A DNA stretch of 61,060 nt from positions 1 through 61,060 of IMG/VR virus record IMGVR_UViG_3300032257_000012, one strand, 5' to 3'. The number at the start of each line of letters is the position of its first letter. Position 1 is the stretch's first letter. The position numbers and the translations under genes were made by a program. The notes below the pieces were generated by a model, which made no database searches, had not been told where the DNA came from, and was given only the letters and a program-made list of their open reading frames with translations. This DNA is from a virus (lineage: Duplodnaviria; Caudoviricetes). Shown piece after piece: positions 48,235 to 56,756 of this stretch.

Positions 48235-48411
48235 TTTAGTTCACCTCTATATGGAATATCCAAAAAATTGTCACGACGGTGGTATGTATTATACAGCTCA
48301 CCGCCTGTGGCGCGGCCATATACTCTAGTCCTTTACCGGGCTCCACCAGCAACACAACTGCGGTCAAGTAGGCCGTCGTGAGCGCCGTGCTCGTCGCTAG
48401 CCCGACTAACT

Positions 48412-48549
48412 TCATTTGTTGACCACTTTAGTCGCGTGGTAAGCGGCGCTAGCGTCTGCCATGGCTGCATTGCCACCATCTACTAGCTGGGGCAGCACTG
48501 CGTATTGAAAGACCAAACCTAATGCGATGATGATGGCTAATTTTTTCAT
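48412..48549 (-). CDS. 45-aa membrane or secreted peptide
   Basis: MKKLAIIIALGLVFQYAVLPQL... behind a GAGGA RBS and a sigma28 promoter; below the ORF-track cutoff. Confidence 0.6.
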   Translation of the reverse strand: MKKLAIIIALGLVFQYAVLPQLVDGGNAAMADASAAYHATKVVNK

Positions 48550-48584
48550 TTTTAAATCCTCATGTTGGTTGCTGTATACTTAGT

Positions 48585-48611
48585 TTATCGGCGTCCCTGC
48601 CGGAACCTTTA
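48585..48611 (-). promoter_or_regulatory. sigma28 (FliA) consensus promoter 1
   Basis: Minus strand reads TAAA-ggttccggcagggac(15)-GCCGATAA. Confidence 0.85.
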
Positions 48612-48815
48612 GGGTTTATTTAAATTAAAGTTGAGATAGTGATTGCTTGTGTGTACGTCACTGGCGCACATAGGGCACGTGGGTCGTTGCCTTCTAGAAT
48701 CTCAACGAGCGTCGCTAGCGTCGCGTGCGTCGGTGGGGAGGGTACTATTGATAGTGTGGCTGCGTGGGCTAGTATGTACATTTTAAATCCTCATGTTGGT
48801 TGCTGTATACTTAGT

Positions 48816-48842
48816 TTATCGGCCCCCCGGCGGGGACCTTTA
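48816..48842 (-). promoter_or_regulatory. sigma28 (FliA) consensus promoter 2
   Basis: Minus strand reads TAAA-ggtccccgccggggg(15)-GCCGATAA; precedes a 53-aa ORF starting at 48781. Confidence 0.85.
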
Positions 48843-48851
48843 GGGTTTATT

Positions 48852-49061
48852 TCAATATGCCGAAACTATTTTTTCGGCGGTTATGATGAGGGTCGAACCG
48901 TCGTCCATGATGTGGCAAACTTCGCCTGGTCTGTCCTGCGTGGAGTCCGCGTTGTGAGCGGCGCAGTCAAGCAGTTCAGTGAATGAGATATGACCTTGTT
49001 CGAAAGCGTACTCAACTAGCTCAGCGGTGGTCATATTTAAGAGTGCTTCGACTTCGATCAT
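48852..49061 (-). CDS. small acidic early protein
   Basis: GAGGA RBS; first gene after promoter 3. Confidence 0.6.
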   Translation of the reverse strand: MIEVEALLNMTTAELVEYAFEQGHISFTELLDCAAHNADSTQDRPGEVCHIMDDGSTLIITAEKIVSAY

Positions 49062-49096
49062 GGCTGTTTCCTCATAATGTTTCGTTGTTACTTAAT

Positions 49097-49123
49097 ATAT
49101 CGGCGGTAAAACTCATACCTTTA
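49097..49123 (-). promoter_or_regulatory. sigma28 (FliA) consensus promoter 3
   Basis: Minus strand reads TAAA-ggtatgagttttacc(15)-GCCGATAT. Confidence 0.8.
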
Positions 49124-49279
49124 GTCTTTTTTTCAAAAATATTCACTTAATTTCCGGTGGGCATAATGGGGACAATTAATGTAAAGCGTCGTCCCGGCGC
49201 TAGCGACGCCCCCGTAGCTAGCATAAGGGTCTGGGTTTTCCGCGCTATATGCTCTTTAAAAATTAAATGAAAAAAGTCC

Positions 49280-49306
49280 TCAAGGTATTTTTTGAGAGGC
49301 CGATAT
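49280..49306 (+). promoter_or_regulatory. sigma28-type promoter 4, pointing into the repeat array
   Basis: TCAA-N15-GCCGATAT. Confidence 0.7.
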
Positions 49307-49359
49307 ATTAAGTACCGGGGGGATAGGAGCCTGGCCCCTGGGCGACATTCCAGTGAGAC

Positions 49360-49678
49360 TGCAAGATCTAGGCCAGGGCAGATGGCACGGTGTTTGCTAT
49401 TGCAAGATCTAGGCCATCGGGTTTGGCACTGATCTTGCTTATGCACTAAGTGTGCCATCGGGTTTGGCACTGATCTTGCTTATGCACTAAGTGTGCCATC
49501 GGGTCTGGCACTGATCTTGCTTATGCACTAAGTGTGCCATCGGGTTTGGCACTGATCTTGCTTATGCACTAAGTGTGCCATCGGGTTTGGCACTGATCTT
49601 GCTTATGCACTAAGTGTGCCATCGGGTTTGGCACTGATCTTGCTTATGCACTAAGTGTGCCATCGGGTTTGGCACTGA
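49360..49678. repeat. 41-bp tandem array; each unit carries two convergent sigma54 -24/-12 consensus sites
   Basis: Unit catcgggtttggcactgatcttgcttatgcactaagtgtgc. TGGCAC-N5-TTGCT on + at 49383+41n (n=0-6); TGGC-N8-TGCA on - at 49360+41n (n=0-7). Confidence 0.92.
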
Positions 49679-49794
49679 GCGTCTTCACTGGCTGGCCCAC
49701 TGAGCTCCTTCACTGGCTGGCCCACTGAGCTCCTTCACTGGCTGGCCCACTGAGCTCCTCCACTGGCTGGCCCACTGAGTGTCTCCACTGGCTG
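49673..49794. repeat. 25-bp tandem array, about 5 units
   Basis: cactgagctccttcactggctggcc or variants at 49673, 49698, 49723, 49748 and 49773. Confidence 0.92.
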
Positions 49795-50629
49795 CTAGGA
49801 TCAGCATACAAAAAAATTGGAGACTTTCCTAGCATGGATTTTATTGAAAGTCAACCCCCTACATATCTGCGCGCCCGTGTCAATAGTATAAAAATTTTTG
49901 GAGGGGTTGTAATTTTGTCTCAAATGTGCAACGTGAGCGTCGTGAGCGTCGTTACTACAAGAGACATGGTACCTTTTGGTGGTTTTTCTGAAATTTCGCT
50001 GTATATCTATGAAGATATTTTATCGTCCTAATCCTTTCCACTCCCAAAATAGCAATGTTGGGATAGGCAGGCGCCAAGGTACCCACCCCCTATGGTATCG
50101 CTCTCGCTTCGTGTGAGAGCCGTCAGGAGGATTTCGGGTTCTCGCACATATCCGTGGCCAGGTTTGACAGGGATCGTCGCTTGCGTCGGGCTCTCAGGCG
50201 CCCTCGTTTGATTTGGGGGGTAACTACAGCCGCTTTATCGCCGTTGGGATTGGGTTTGCGTCGTCTCTGAGTGTCCACGCTACTAGCGAGCGATCAGGCT
50301 ATCAGTCGTAGGGCTTAAAATGGGGAGATGGGGGGCATCTATACGGATCAGAGGGTTAGAGAGTTAGCTTTTCTTAATAACTCTTATATAAAAAGAAGTC
50401 AGGAAAAATAGAATAATAATATATAATATTATCTTAATAGATAGGATAGGAAAGTAATAATATGATTCATAAAAGGGGAAGTAAATTTTCTCGGCCCCGA
50501 CGCCCCGACGCGAGCGACGTAACCCATTGATTCATATAGAACGTATAGGACGGTAGGCTATCGTCCTTGAGCACAAAACATACAAAATCACAACGCCACA
50601 CAGAAGTCAACAATTATATCGCCTAATGT

Positions 50630-50725
50630 GTAGGACAGCTACGCCAGATTAGTATGACGTATACCTAGATATACAGAAGGTATACGTAAGGTATACGTCA
50701 TACTAATCTGGCGTAGCTGTCCTAC
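50630..50725. repeat. perfect 37-bp inverted repeat with a 22-bp loop
   Basis: gtaggacagctacgccagattagtatgacgtatacct (50630-50666) and its exact reverse complement (50689-50725). Confidence 0.95.
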
Positions 50726-50857
50726 CTAAAAACGACGTGAGCGACGTGCCGGCGCACGCAACGCCTCCAAAAATTAATTGTAAATAAAACAAATTAATCT
50801 ACAAAATACCCAAATATCCCACGTTTCAACGTCCATTTTAAAAATATATTTTTCATA

Positions 50858-50886
50858 TTGACACCACAACACAACAATGATATTGT
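50858..50886 (+). promoter_or_regulatory. sigma70 promoter of the rightward early operon
   Basis: TTGACA-N17-TATTGT with extended TG and an AT-rich upstream element. Confidence 0.75.
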
Positions 50887-50916
50887 ATTACATCACAACA
50901 ACAGAGGAATACTATC

Positions 50917-51372
50917 ATGATAGATCCATTCGCAATTGCGACGATCACGACGCGCACGACGCCAGCGACGATCCCCAAGCGTCCACGTCGGCCCGTCGCC
51001 TACCACATGACAATCCCAGAAGAGTTCGTCACCGAACATGAAGAGGTCGAGTATGTGTGGACTGCTTTGTTCCTGAAGTACGTAGGGTTCACAAATCCCT
51101 ATACCACATTGGCACCTTATAATTACGACCTAACAATCCTCCCCCATCCTGATGCCCCCCCATCCTCAAAGGGAAGAAGTGCGATGCGAGCGACGGACGC
51201 TATGGAGTTTATTTGCCAAGCACTCCCCAGTACGTACCGCAAAATACACGTCCTCATTGAGAAACTACCTCGGGAGCAGCAGCGCACCATGTTGGATGCC
51301 TATAAAATGTACTTACAATATGAAATAGATTACGCATCAAGCGAAATCTCACAGTTGGAGAAAAAACGATGA
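50917..51372 (+). CDS. early protein with a degenerate BRO-N-like segment
   Basis: EYVWTALFLKYVGFTNP; GAGGA RBS. Confidence 0.55.
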   Translation: MIDPFAIATITTRTTPATIPKRPRRPVAYHMTIPEEFVTEHEEVEYVWTALFLKYVGFTNPYTTLAPYNYDLTILPHPDAPPSSKGRSAMRATDAMEFICQALPSTYRKIHVLIEKLPREQQRTMLDAYKMYLQYEIDYASSEISQLEKKR

Positions 51373-51572
51373 AGAGAAGTATGGATAAGAAGATGTACAA
51401 CGCCATCGTTGCGTTGGCAGACCTCCCCGTGGAGGGGGTTGGAAGATTGATGACCCTGTATTACCACGACATTCCACATCTTAAAGTTTGGATGGATGCA
51501 CATGTGGCGGAGGTCGTCACCCCATTAACTGAAGAAATAGAAGAATTAAAGAAGAAACTGGAGAAGCAGTGA
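51369..51572 (+). CDS. small early protein (paralog of 57574-57765)
   Basis: AIVALADL...YYHDIPHLKVW versus AITAISKL...YSKDIPELNTW. Confidence 0.6.
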   Translation: MKRSMDKKMYNAIVALADLPVEGVGRLMTLYYHDIPHLKVWMDAHVAEVVTPLTEEIEELKKKLEKQ

Positions 51573-52267
51573 TGGCGTACACCCCACTACAAAACATTTT
51601 CCCACTACACAATAGATACGCTCGCGATGTGTGGGCTGCCCTTCCCCCCCGCGCCCCTATAACACCTAATCTTTTGCGGGACCAAGATGTTATCGAGGTG
51701 TTAGCTGACTCTTTTATACATAGCATTGGAGGTATATCGGTAGAGGACGTTGTCAAGGTAGTCAACCAGGATGGAATTGTTCCGCCAATTAAAATTAGAT
51801 ATGTATACTCTGCGTACGGCGGCGCTCTTATACGGCGCCGAACCTTTTCACTTAGGGACGCATTAGGCATCTTAACAATACCAGAGATACGTGGAGACTC
51901 TTCGGCGACGAGGTTCGGTGGATGGGACCCTGTGGATCTTTTCAAAAGATTTGGCCACGAGAAAACCCCAGAACAGGCAATTCTAATGTGGATTGCTATT
52001 GGGGAGCTATCGTACCGTGAAGTTTGGCTCTCTCCAGAGGGCGCATGGAAGATGAGCCTCTACCGAATAGATGAGATTTTGGAACAGGAAGAGCATGACT
52101 ATGTGTGTGACGCGTTCGTCGGAAGTAAAAAACCTTTGGAGCGCGAAGTACCAAGCGTCGCAATTCCAACACTTATGTACCACAAACCACATGGATCAAC
52201 CGCGCAACCACATATAGAGGCTGCAAAGTCTCGACTATATATGAAATACATAGAGGCAATCAAATGA
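51569..52267 (+). CDS. hypothetical early protein
   Basis: ORF track; coupled overlaps. Confidence 0.6.
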   Translation: MMAYTPLQNIFPLHNRYARDVWAALPPRAPITPNLLRDQDVIEVLADSFIHSIGGISVEDVVKVVNQDGIVPPIKIRYVYSAYGGALIRRRTFSLRDALGILTIPEIRGDSSATRFGGWDPVDLFKRFGHEKTPEQAILMWIAIGELSYREVWLSPEGAWKMSLYRIDEILEQEEHDYVCDAFVGSKKPLEREVPSVAIPTLMYHKPHGSTAQPHIEAAKSRLYMKYIEAIK

Positions 52268-53526
52268 ACAACGAATACACACACGAAGAGAAAATGGCCG
52301 CACTAGAAGCACTACAGTTGACTGGATGGACAGACCGCGAGCTGGCCGAGCAGGGCATAGAGTGGGAGAACGTCGCACAAATCATTCGAGACAGACCGCC
52401 TAGACCTACACCTGAGCCTGAGCCCTATCAAGCGCTTGACAACACAGCGGAATCCGCCGAAGCACACGAACAGCGTGTGTTTGCGCAACTTGGAATGACT
52501 AAGGACAACATCATCGGTATGACCGACGAGCCCGACGCCAGCGACGAGCCCTTGGCGTACAACGACTCCTTCATCCACACCGATGGCCAGGAGTGGGTAT
52601 ATGCCACCCCATTCTTAAAAGAGATAGGACACGCAAACCCATCCAGGTCTTTGAAGCAAATGATGGAACGGGGGACATTATCCGAGAGCGACGTGAGCGA
52701 CACATCGAAGCCAGGTTCCGTTCAGATTGCTAAGATCCTCACATTGGACGCGGCCATGAGGATACGTGGGTCAGGTACGTCGTTGGTGGTAGCTCCCAGC
52801 AACCGCATGACTCGGAAGGAAATGAAGGTGGTTGATTTCGTAGAGACTGCGCTAGCGACGCCCGCCTCAAAGTTGTGTTCGATGATGGCCTTCCGGGAGC
52901 TTAATGTGATGCTGTTTAAAGGGGAGATCCCAACAAGATACCTAAAGCCTTTGTTCGCCTTGGCCAACCAGATCGCCATCATCGAACACAACAAGGCAAT
53001 GCCGAAAGGGTATCACGCGTACACCACCAACTCACAGAACAGCTACATGTCCCGCCCATTGTGTTTTAGGATTGGATGTGACTCAGACCCCAGCCTACCA
53101 AGCGTAGGAGAGCCCGACTTAAAGCGTTCGCTAGAAGCAATCGCCCCCCAACTTCGAAAGGGGGACATCTTAGTGCGCTCATCTTGCGACTCCCTGTACG
53201 CGATCCCACGTGAGGTCGTGAGCGGCGAGTACTTCAAGTGGAAAGAGATCCCGGGGATCGCCGGGGACTTAGCAAGCGCCGCACACGTCGTGGGCGACGA
53301 TGCGAAGCAGATGGTGTTGGAAGAGAGTCGTCTGTCGGCGTTCACTCGCATGGAGAGTGCGTTCGTCAATCAGGGGAATGGGTCGTGGCACAAGCGGGCG
53401 CGGATGTACACCCCGGAACAAATGATCGATCAGTTGTGTGACCCGTCGATCCGGTTCAGCGACGGGGCGTCGCCGCGTCGTGTGCTCAAGATCGAAGGGG
53501 CGCGCCCCGACGCAAGCGACGTTTAA
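52264..53526 (+). CDS. multidomain early protein with a BRO-N-like segment
   Basis: DGQEWVYATPFLKEIGHANPSRSLK. Confidence 0.6.
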   Translation: MNNEYTHEEKMAALEALQLTGWTDRELAEQGIEWENVAQIIRDRPPRPTPEPEPYQALDNTAESAEAHEQRVFAQLGMTKDNIIGMTDEPDASDEPLAYNDSFIHTDGQEWVYATPFLKEIGHANPSRSLKQMMERGTLSESDVSDTSKPGSVQIAKILTLDAAMRIRGSGTSLVVAPSNRMTRKEMKVVDFVETALATPASKLCSMMAFRELNVMLFKGEIPTRYLKPLFALANQIAIIEHNKAMPKGYHAYTTNSQNSYMSRPLCFRIGCDSDPSLPSVGEPDLKRSLEAIAPQLRKGDILVRSSCDSLYAIPREVVSGEYFKWKEIPGIAGDLASAAHVVGDDAKQMVLEESRLSAFTRMESAFVNQGNGSWHKRARMYTPEQMIDQLCDPSIRFSDGASPRRVLKIEGARPDASDV

Positions 53527-53561
53527 GAGACAGTAGGGTTTCAATTTAGAGAGGATTTGAG

Positions 53562-53864
53562 ATGAGTAAAGAGATCGAGGCTGGGTGTTTGGTGCTGATA
53601 GTGCGCGCGTATCACAACTCCGAGGTTGGGAAGACATTCACAGTGATAGGTAAACCATCCACCCTACGACTTTGCGCTAAAGAAGTGTGGTGGGAGGTGG
53701 ATGGGACAGTGCTACTACCCTTACGTGACCCACAAAGTGTTGTGAGAGGCTCGATACAATTAAATTATTTATGTGAATCTATGGTGATTAGGATAGACGA
53801 CCCAGACTTGGAGAATGAGAACGACCTGGCGCAAGAGACGGTTAAGGAAGGGGTGGTACAGTAG
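53562..53864 (+). CDS. hypothetical protein flanked by a ~26-bp direct repeat
   Basis: acagtagggtttcaaYttagagagga at 53530 and 53858. Confidence 0.6.
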   Translation: MSKEIEAGCLVLIVRAYHNSEVGKTFTVIGKPSTLRLCAKEVWWEVDGTVLLPLRDPQSVVRGSIQLNYLCESMVIRIDDPDLENENDLAQETVKEGVVQ

Positions 53865-53889
53865 GGTTTCAACTTAGAGAGGAAACGAG

Positions 53890-54135
53890 ATGAGAGACAA
53901 AATAGAAGAACTTGAAAAAGAACGAGAAACTGCGATGGACTTAGCCCAAGAAAAGATCTCAGCTAAGTATGACCTACTTATCGCCGAAGAGAAAGTGCGC
54001 CGTGCTAAAGATAAGCTGAATAAGATTGAAGGCAGTGTTTATGTGCCAAAACCTTCTAGCCCAACCCCCTCCAAGAGAGAGGATATCTCTGAGGAAGATG
54101 CTTGGAATGGGAATGACAGTGGTCGCAGTTGGTAA
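53890..54135 (+). CDS. coiled-coil hypothetical protein
   Basis: GAGGA RBS. Confidence 0.55.
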   Translation: MRDKIEELEKERETAMDLAQEKISAKYDLLIAEEKVRRAKDKLNKIEGSVYVPKPSSPTPSKREDISEEDAWNGNDSGRSW

Positions 54136-54152
54136 ACAGAGAGGAAAACTAG

Positions 54153-54461
54153 ATGAGCAACAAACGAAACAAAGTGATTCAAGAAGTGATTCGGAAGGCG
54201 ATTGAGGATGGGATTGTGGTAGATGGGAAGGAGGTTCTGTCTTTCTCAGTTGATGGGGATGGGACAATCAATGCGTACTCGATGCCGTCGAGGGAGCAAT
54301 CAAACGACGCATCCCCCACACACCCGAGGGTCTGGGACTATACGATTAGACCTTTGAAAAATTATACCTGGGTAGGATGTGTGAAACCATTCAAAGGAAA
54401 TGGTTGGAAGAAACATCTATACGACGCGAGCGGCGCTCGCTACATAGGGGATAAGAAATGA
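54153..54461 (+). CDS. DxDG-family early protein
   Basis: Paralog of 45808-46095. Confidence 0.7.
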   Translation: MSNKRNKVIQEVIRKAIEDGIVVDGKEVLSFSVDGDGTINAYSMPSREQSNDASPTHPRVWDYTIRPLKNYTWVGCVKPFKGNGWKKHLYDASGARYIGDKK

Positions 54462-54916
54462 GCGTATCAACCGATGGACAACTTTGCTTTGGGAGTATGT
54501 TTGATGAGGGATATGAGTTCCCGTGGGACGAGGACAGGTTTGGTGGGGAGATTGAGTATTGGTGGCTGGAAGAGCTTGGCTGGAAGCCCCCCGTTGAGGT
54601 ATATGATGAGGGCGGTAGACGGATTGACGGGGTGGAAGATTCAGACATTGCCAAATACTACGGGGATCGGCGAGCCATCCTAAAGGCCAACCCCCTCCCA
54701 GTGCAGCCAGTCAACTACTGTAGTGGGGAGTGCCCCATGTATATTTTAGCGGTGCCATCCACGTGTTTGTCGGCGTATCGAGGATATCCGAAGAGTCTTA
54801 GCCCAGGGGAGTTTACAGTGGATGATGCAGATTTGGAGTCGTTCAACATCTTTTGCAGAAACTACGACCTTCTTGAAGGTCCCACCACCTGGTGGCTAAG
54901 TAGTTACACGGGATAG
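54458..54916 (+). CDS. acidic hypothetical protein
   Basis: ORF track. Confidence 0.6.
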   Translation: MSVSTDGQLCFGSMFDEGYEFPWDEDRFGGEIEYWWLEELGWKPPVEVYDEGGRRIDGVEDSDIAKYYGDRRAILKANPLPVQPVNYCSGECPMYILAVPSTCLSAYRGYPKSLSPGEFTVDDADLESFNIFCRNYDLLEGPTTWWLSSYTG

Positions 54917-54922
54917 AGAGGA

Positions 54923-55555
54923 ATGACAGTGAGCAAAAAACGAAACGAACAAATAGCAGGTATCATTCTATCAAACCCAGAATATGACTTCTGGACAGCG
55001 GACAAATGTGGGGCGTTGTGGGGGTGGATGGGAACCATGCCAGAAACAAAAGGAGACATTTGGCAGTTTAAAGAGGTATGGAACCTTGACCCCGACGCGA
55101 GCGGCGCCACTCAGTTAGGGCAGGTCATACCGTTCAGAGGGTATGGGTGGGCGTGCCACCTATATGCCGGCGCATTGATATGGGGGCGCCAACAAACCAT
55201 ATCCACAGTACAGAACTCCCGCGTAATATGTATGAATGACCCAGCAATAGCACCACCTCCGCGTCGTGTCATACGGCCACCGGAGTTTAAGAAGATATGC
55301 AATTGCAATGCGATAGGGGCTCCGGGGCACTATCACATCGACTACGACAGTCGAATCATTGTAACAGACCGTAAACTCTCGACGGAATATGATATCAGCG
55401 GGACTGATCTATTCTGGAGTAGGCAGGCACCCCATAAAGTACACCACAAAGTGTACCCAGAAACTTGGGGTTGGAGGTGGGTGTCTGAGCTGGGATGCGT
55501 TGGAAAAGATGTGGTACAAAATTGGCGGCACCTTCACTGTGAGGTAAAGAAATGA
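54923..55555 (+). CDS. two-domain DxDG-family early protein
   Basis: N-half resembles 45808 (SKKRN...PFRGYGWACHLY); C-half resembles 46092 (FKKIC...PGHYHID). Confidence 0.6.
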   Translation: MTVSKKRNEQIAGIILSNPEYDFWTADKCGALWGWMGTMPETKGDIWQFKEVWNLDPDASGATQLGQVIPFRGYGWACHLYAGALIWGRQQTISTVQNSRVICMNDPAIAPPPRRVIRPPEFKKICNCNAIGAPGHYHIDYDSRIIVTDRKLSTEYDISGTDLFWSRQAPHKVHHKVYPETWGWRWVSELGCVGKDVVQNWRHLHCEVKK

Positions 55556-55917
55556 ACAAAGTACCACTGGCATTCCAACACAGCGTAGGTGGCGACGTGT
55601 ACGTCGAGATCTTGCCCTATCTCCAACATCTGGGATACGGTAGCTTAGTGGCCACGTACCAAGGGCTATTGGACGATGGGACTATCCTACCTGGCCATTT
55701 ACATGTATCAGAGAAATGGGGAGAGTATAGAACACAAGTGTTGTTGTCTGCCGCCCAACAAATCCCTCCCCCATCGGCAGAGGATGACATCGCTACGCTA
55801 GCTAAGCGGTTGAAGGAAGCTCGGCAAAGAAGCAAAGAGCTTAAGGAGGCGCTAACCAAAGCAGAGGATACTTGTTCGCAGTTGATAGCTAAACTACAAA
55901 AGGCGATAGGAATATGA
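55552..55917 (+). CDS. early protein, BRO-N-like segment plus coiled coil
   Basis: GGDVYVEILPYLQHLGY. Confidence 0.5.
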   Translation: MNKVPLAFQHSVGGDVYVEILPYLQHLGYGSLVATYQGLLDDGTILPGHLHVSEKWGEYRTQVLLSAAQQIPPPSAEDDIATLAKRLKEARQRSKELKEALTKAEDTCSQLIAKLQKAIGI

Positions 55918-56198
55918 GAACATTTAAACAAGTAGTAGAAGGGATTGGGAATGAAGGTATATATACACTGGACAAGGACGGTGAGATCTGGCACTGCCCA
56001 GACTTTGATTCTCCAGAGTTTCTAGTTGCTGACAAAACTCAGTTTGATTGTTGGCTGCCATACCCCCGCACACCCCTCCACATAGTAAGAACATATACCT
56101 TGGCGGAGGACCTTGAAGATTTAGTGGATACAAGCGAATGGGATACTTCCATCGCACAAATCTACGAAGGGCGGTTTGAGATGCTCGAGCATGAGTAG
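55914..56198 (+). CDS. DxDG-family early protein
   Basis: GIYTLDKDGEIW. Confidence 0.55.
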   Translation: MRTFKQVVEGIGNEGIYTLDKDGEIWHCPDFDSPEFLVADKTQFDCWLPYPRTPLHIVRTYTLAEDLEDLVDTSEWDTSIAQIYEGRFEMLEHE

Positions 56199-56312
56199 AG
56201 TGCTTCCTTGGATAGCAATTGTGGTTTTCGCAATTGCTTTGATCACGATGTTCCAGCTAGGGCTGCACTTCCTGGCTGGAGTGGTTAGACTTTTAACATA
56301 GGAGGCAGAGGG

Positions 56313-56756
56313 GTGAAATTAGAGGATATTAAAGAAATATATGGAATAAGAAAAAATAGCCATGAGAAATACCAACAGAAAGTTGCCAACGACGCGAGCG
56401 ACGTGGTTAAGTTAAAAAAATTCTCCACATCGAAGTTCACTTCGGGGGGCGTAACCCAAACCGGCGAGCAATGGGCCACCGAGTTGGGGACGACACCTAA
56501 AAAGCTGGAGGCAAGGGTGCGCAATATGGCGCGCCAGTATTCGTGCGCGACCTTTGAGGATATAATAACGACGCACCGAAGTGGGTTAGCTAGGAAGGCA
56601 CACCTAGTATTCGGCAGTCCAGAGTCGATCAACAGCGCGGTATGTAAGTACCGACTACCGATAAAGGATGTGACCGAGCGGTTTAAAAGAAACGGGGATT
56701 TGGAAGCGTCAATCGCCGTGCTTCTGCTGACCAAGCACTGGGAGATAGATAAATGA
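56313..56756 (+). CDS. hypothetical protein
   Basis: GGAGG RBS; ORF track. Confidence 0.55.
   Translation: MKLEDIKEIYGIRKNSHEKYQQKVANDASDVVKLKKFSTSKFTSGGVTQTGEQWATELGTTPKKLEARVRNMARQYSCATFEDIITTHRSGLARKAHLVFGSPESINSAVCKYRLPIKDVTERFKRNGDLEASIAVLLLTKHWEIDK

Noticed and set aside
49147-49470. 107-aa minus-strand ORF, and the 65-aa ORF at 49834-50031
   Set aside because: They start within or next to repeats, have no clear RBS and no protein-like features; the region is better explained as non-coding.
49360-49794. CRISPR array (palindromic repeats)
   Set aside because: Units are contiguous with a constant 7-bp linker and no unique spacers; no cas operon. The Cas4-like gene is the usual replication-module exonuclease.
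50630-50725. Protelomerase (telRL) site
   Set aside because: It has a 22-bp asymmetric loop rather than a continuous palindrome, and no protelomerase-like ORF was recognised.
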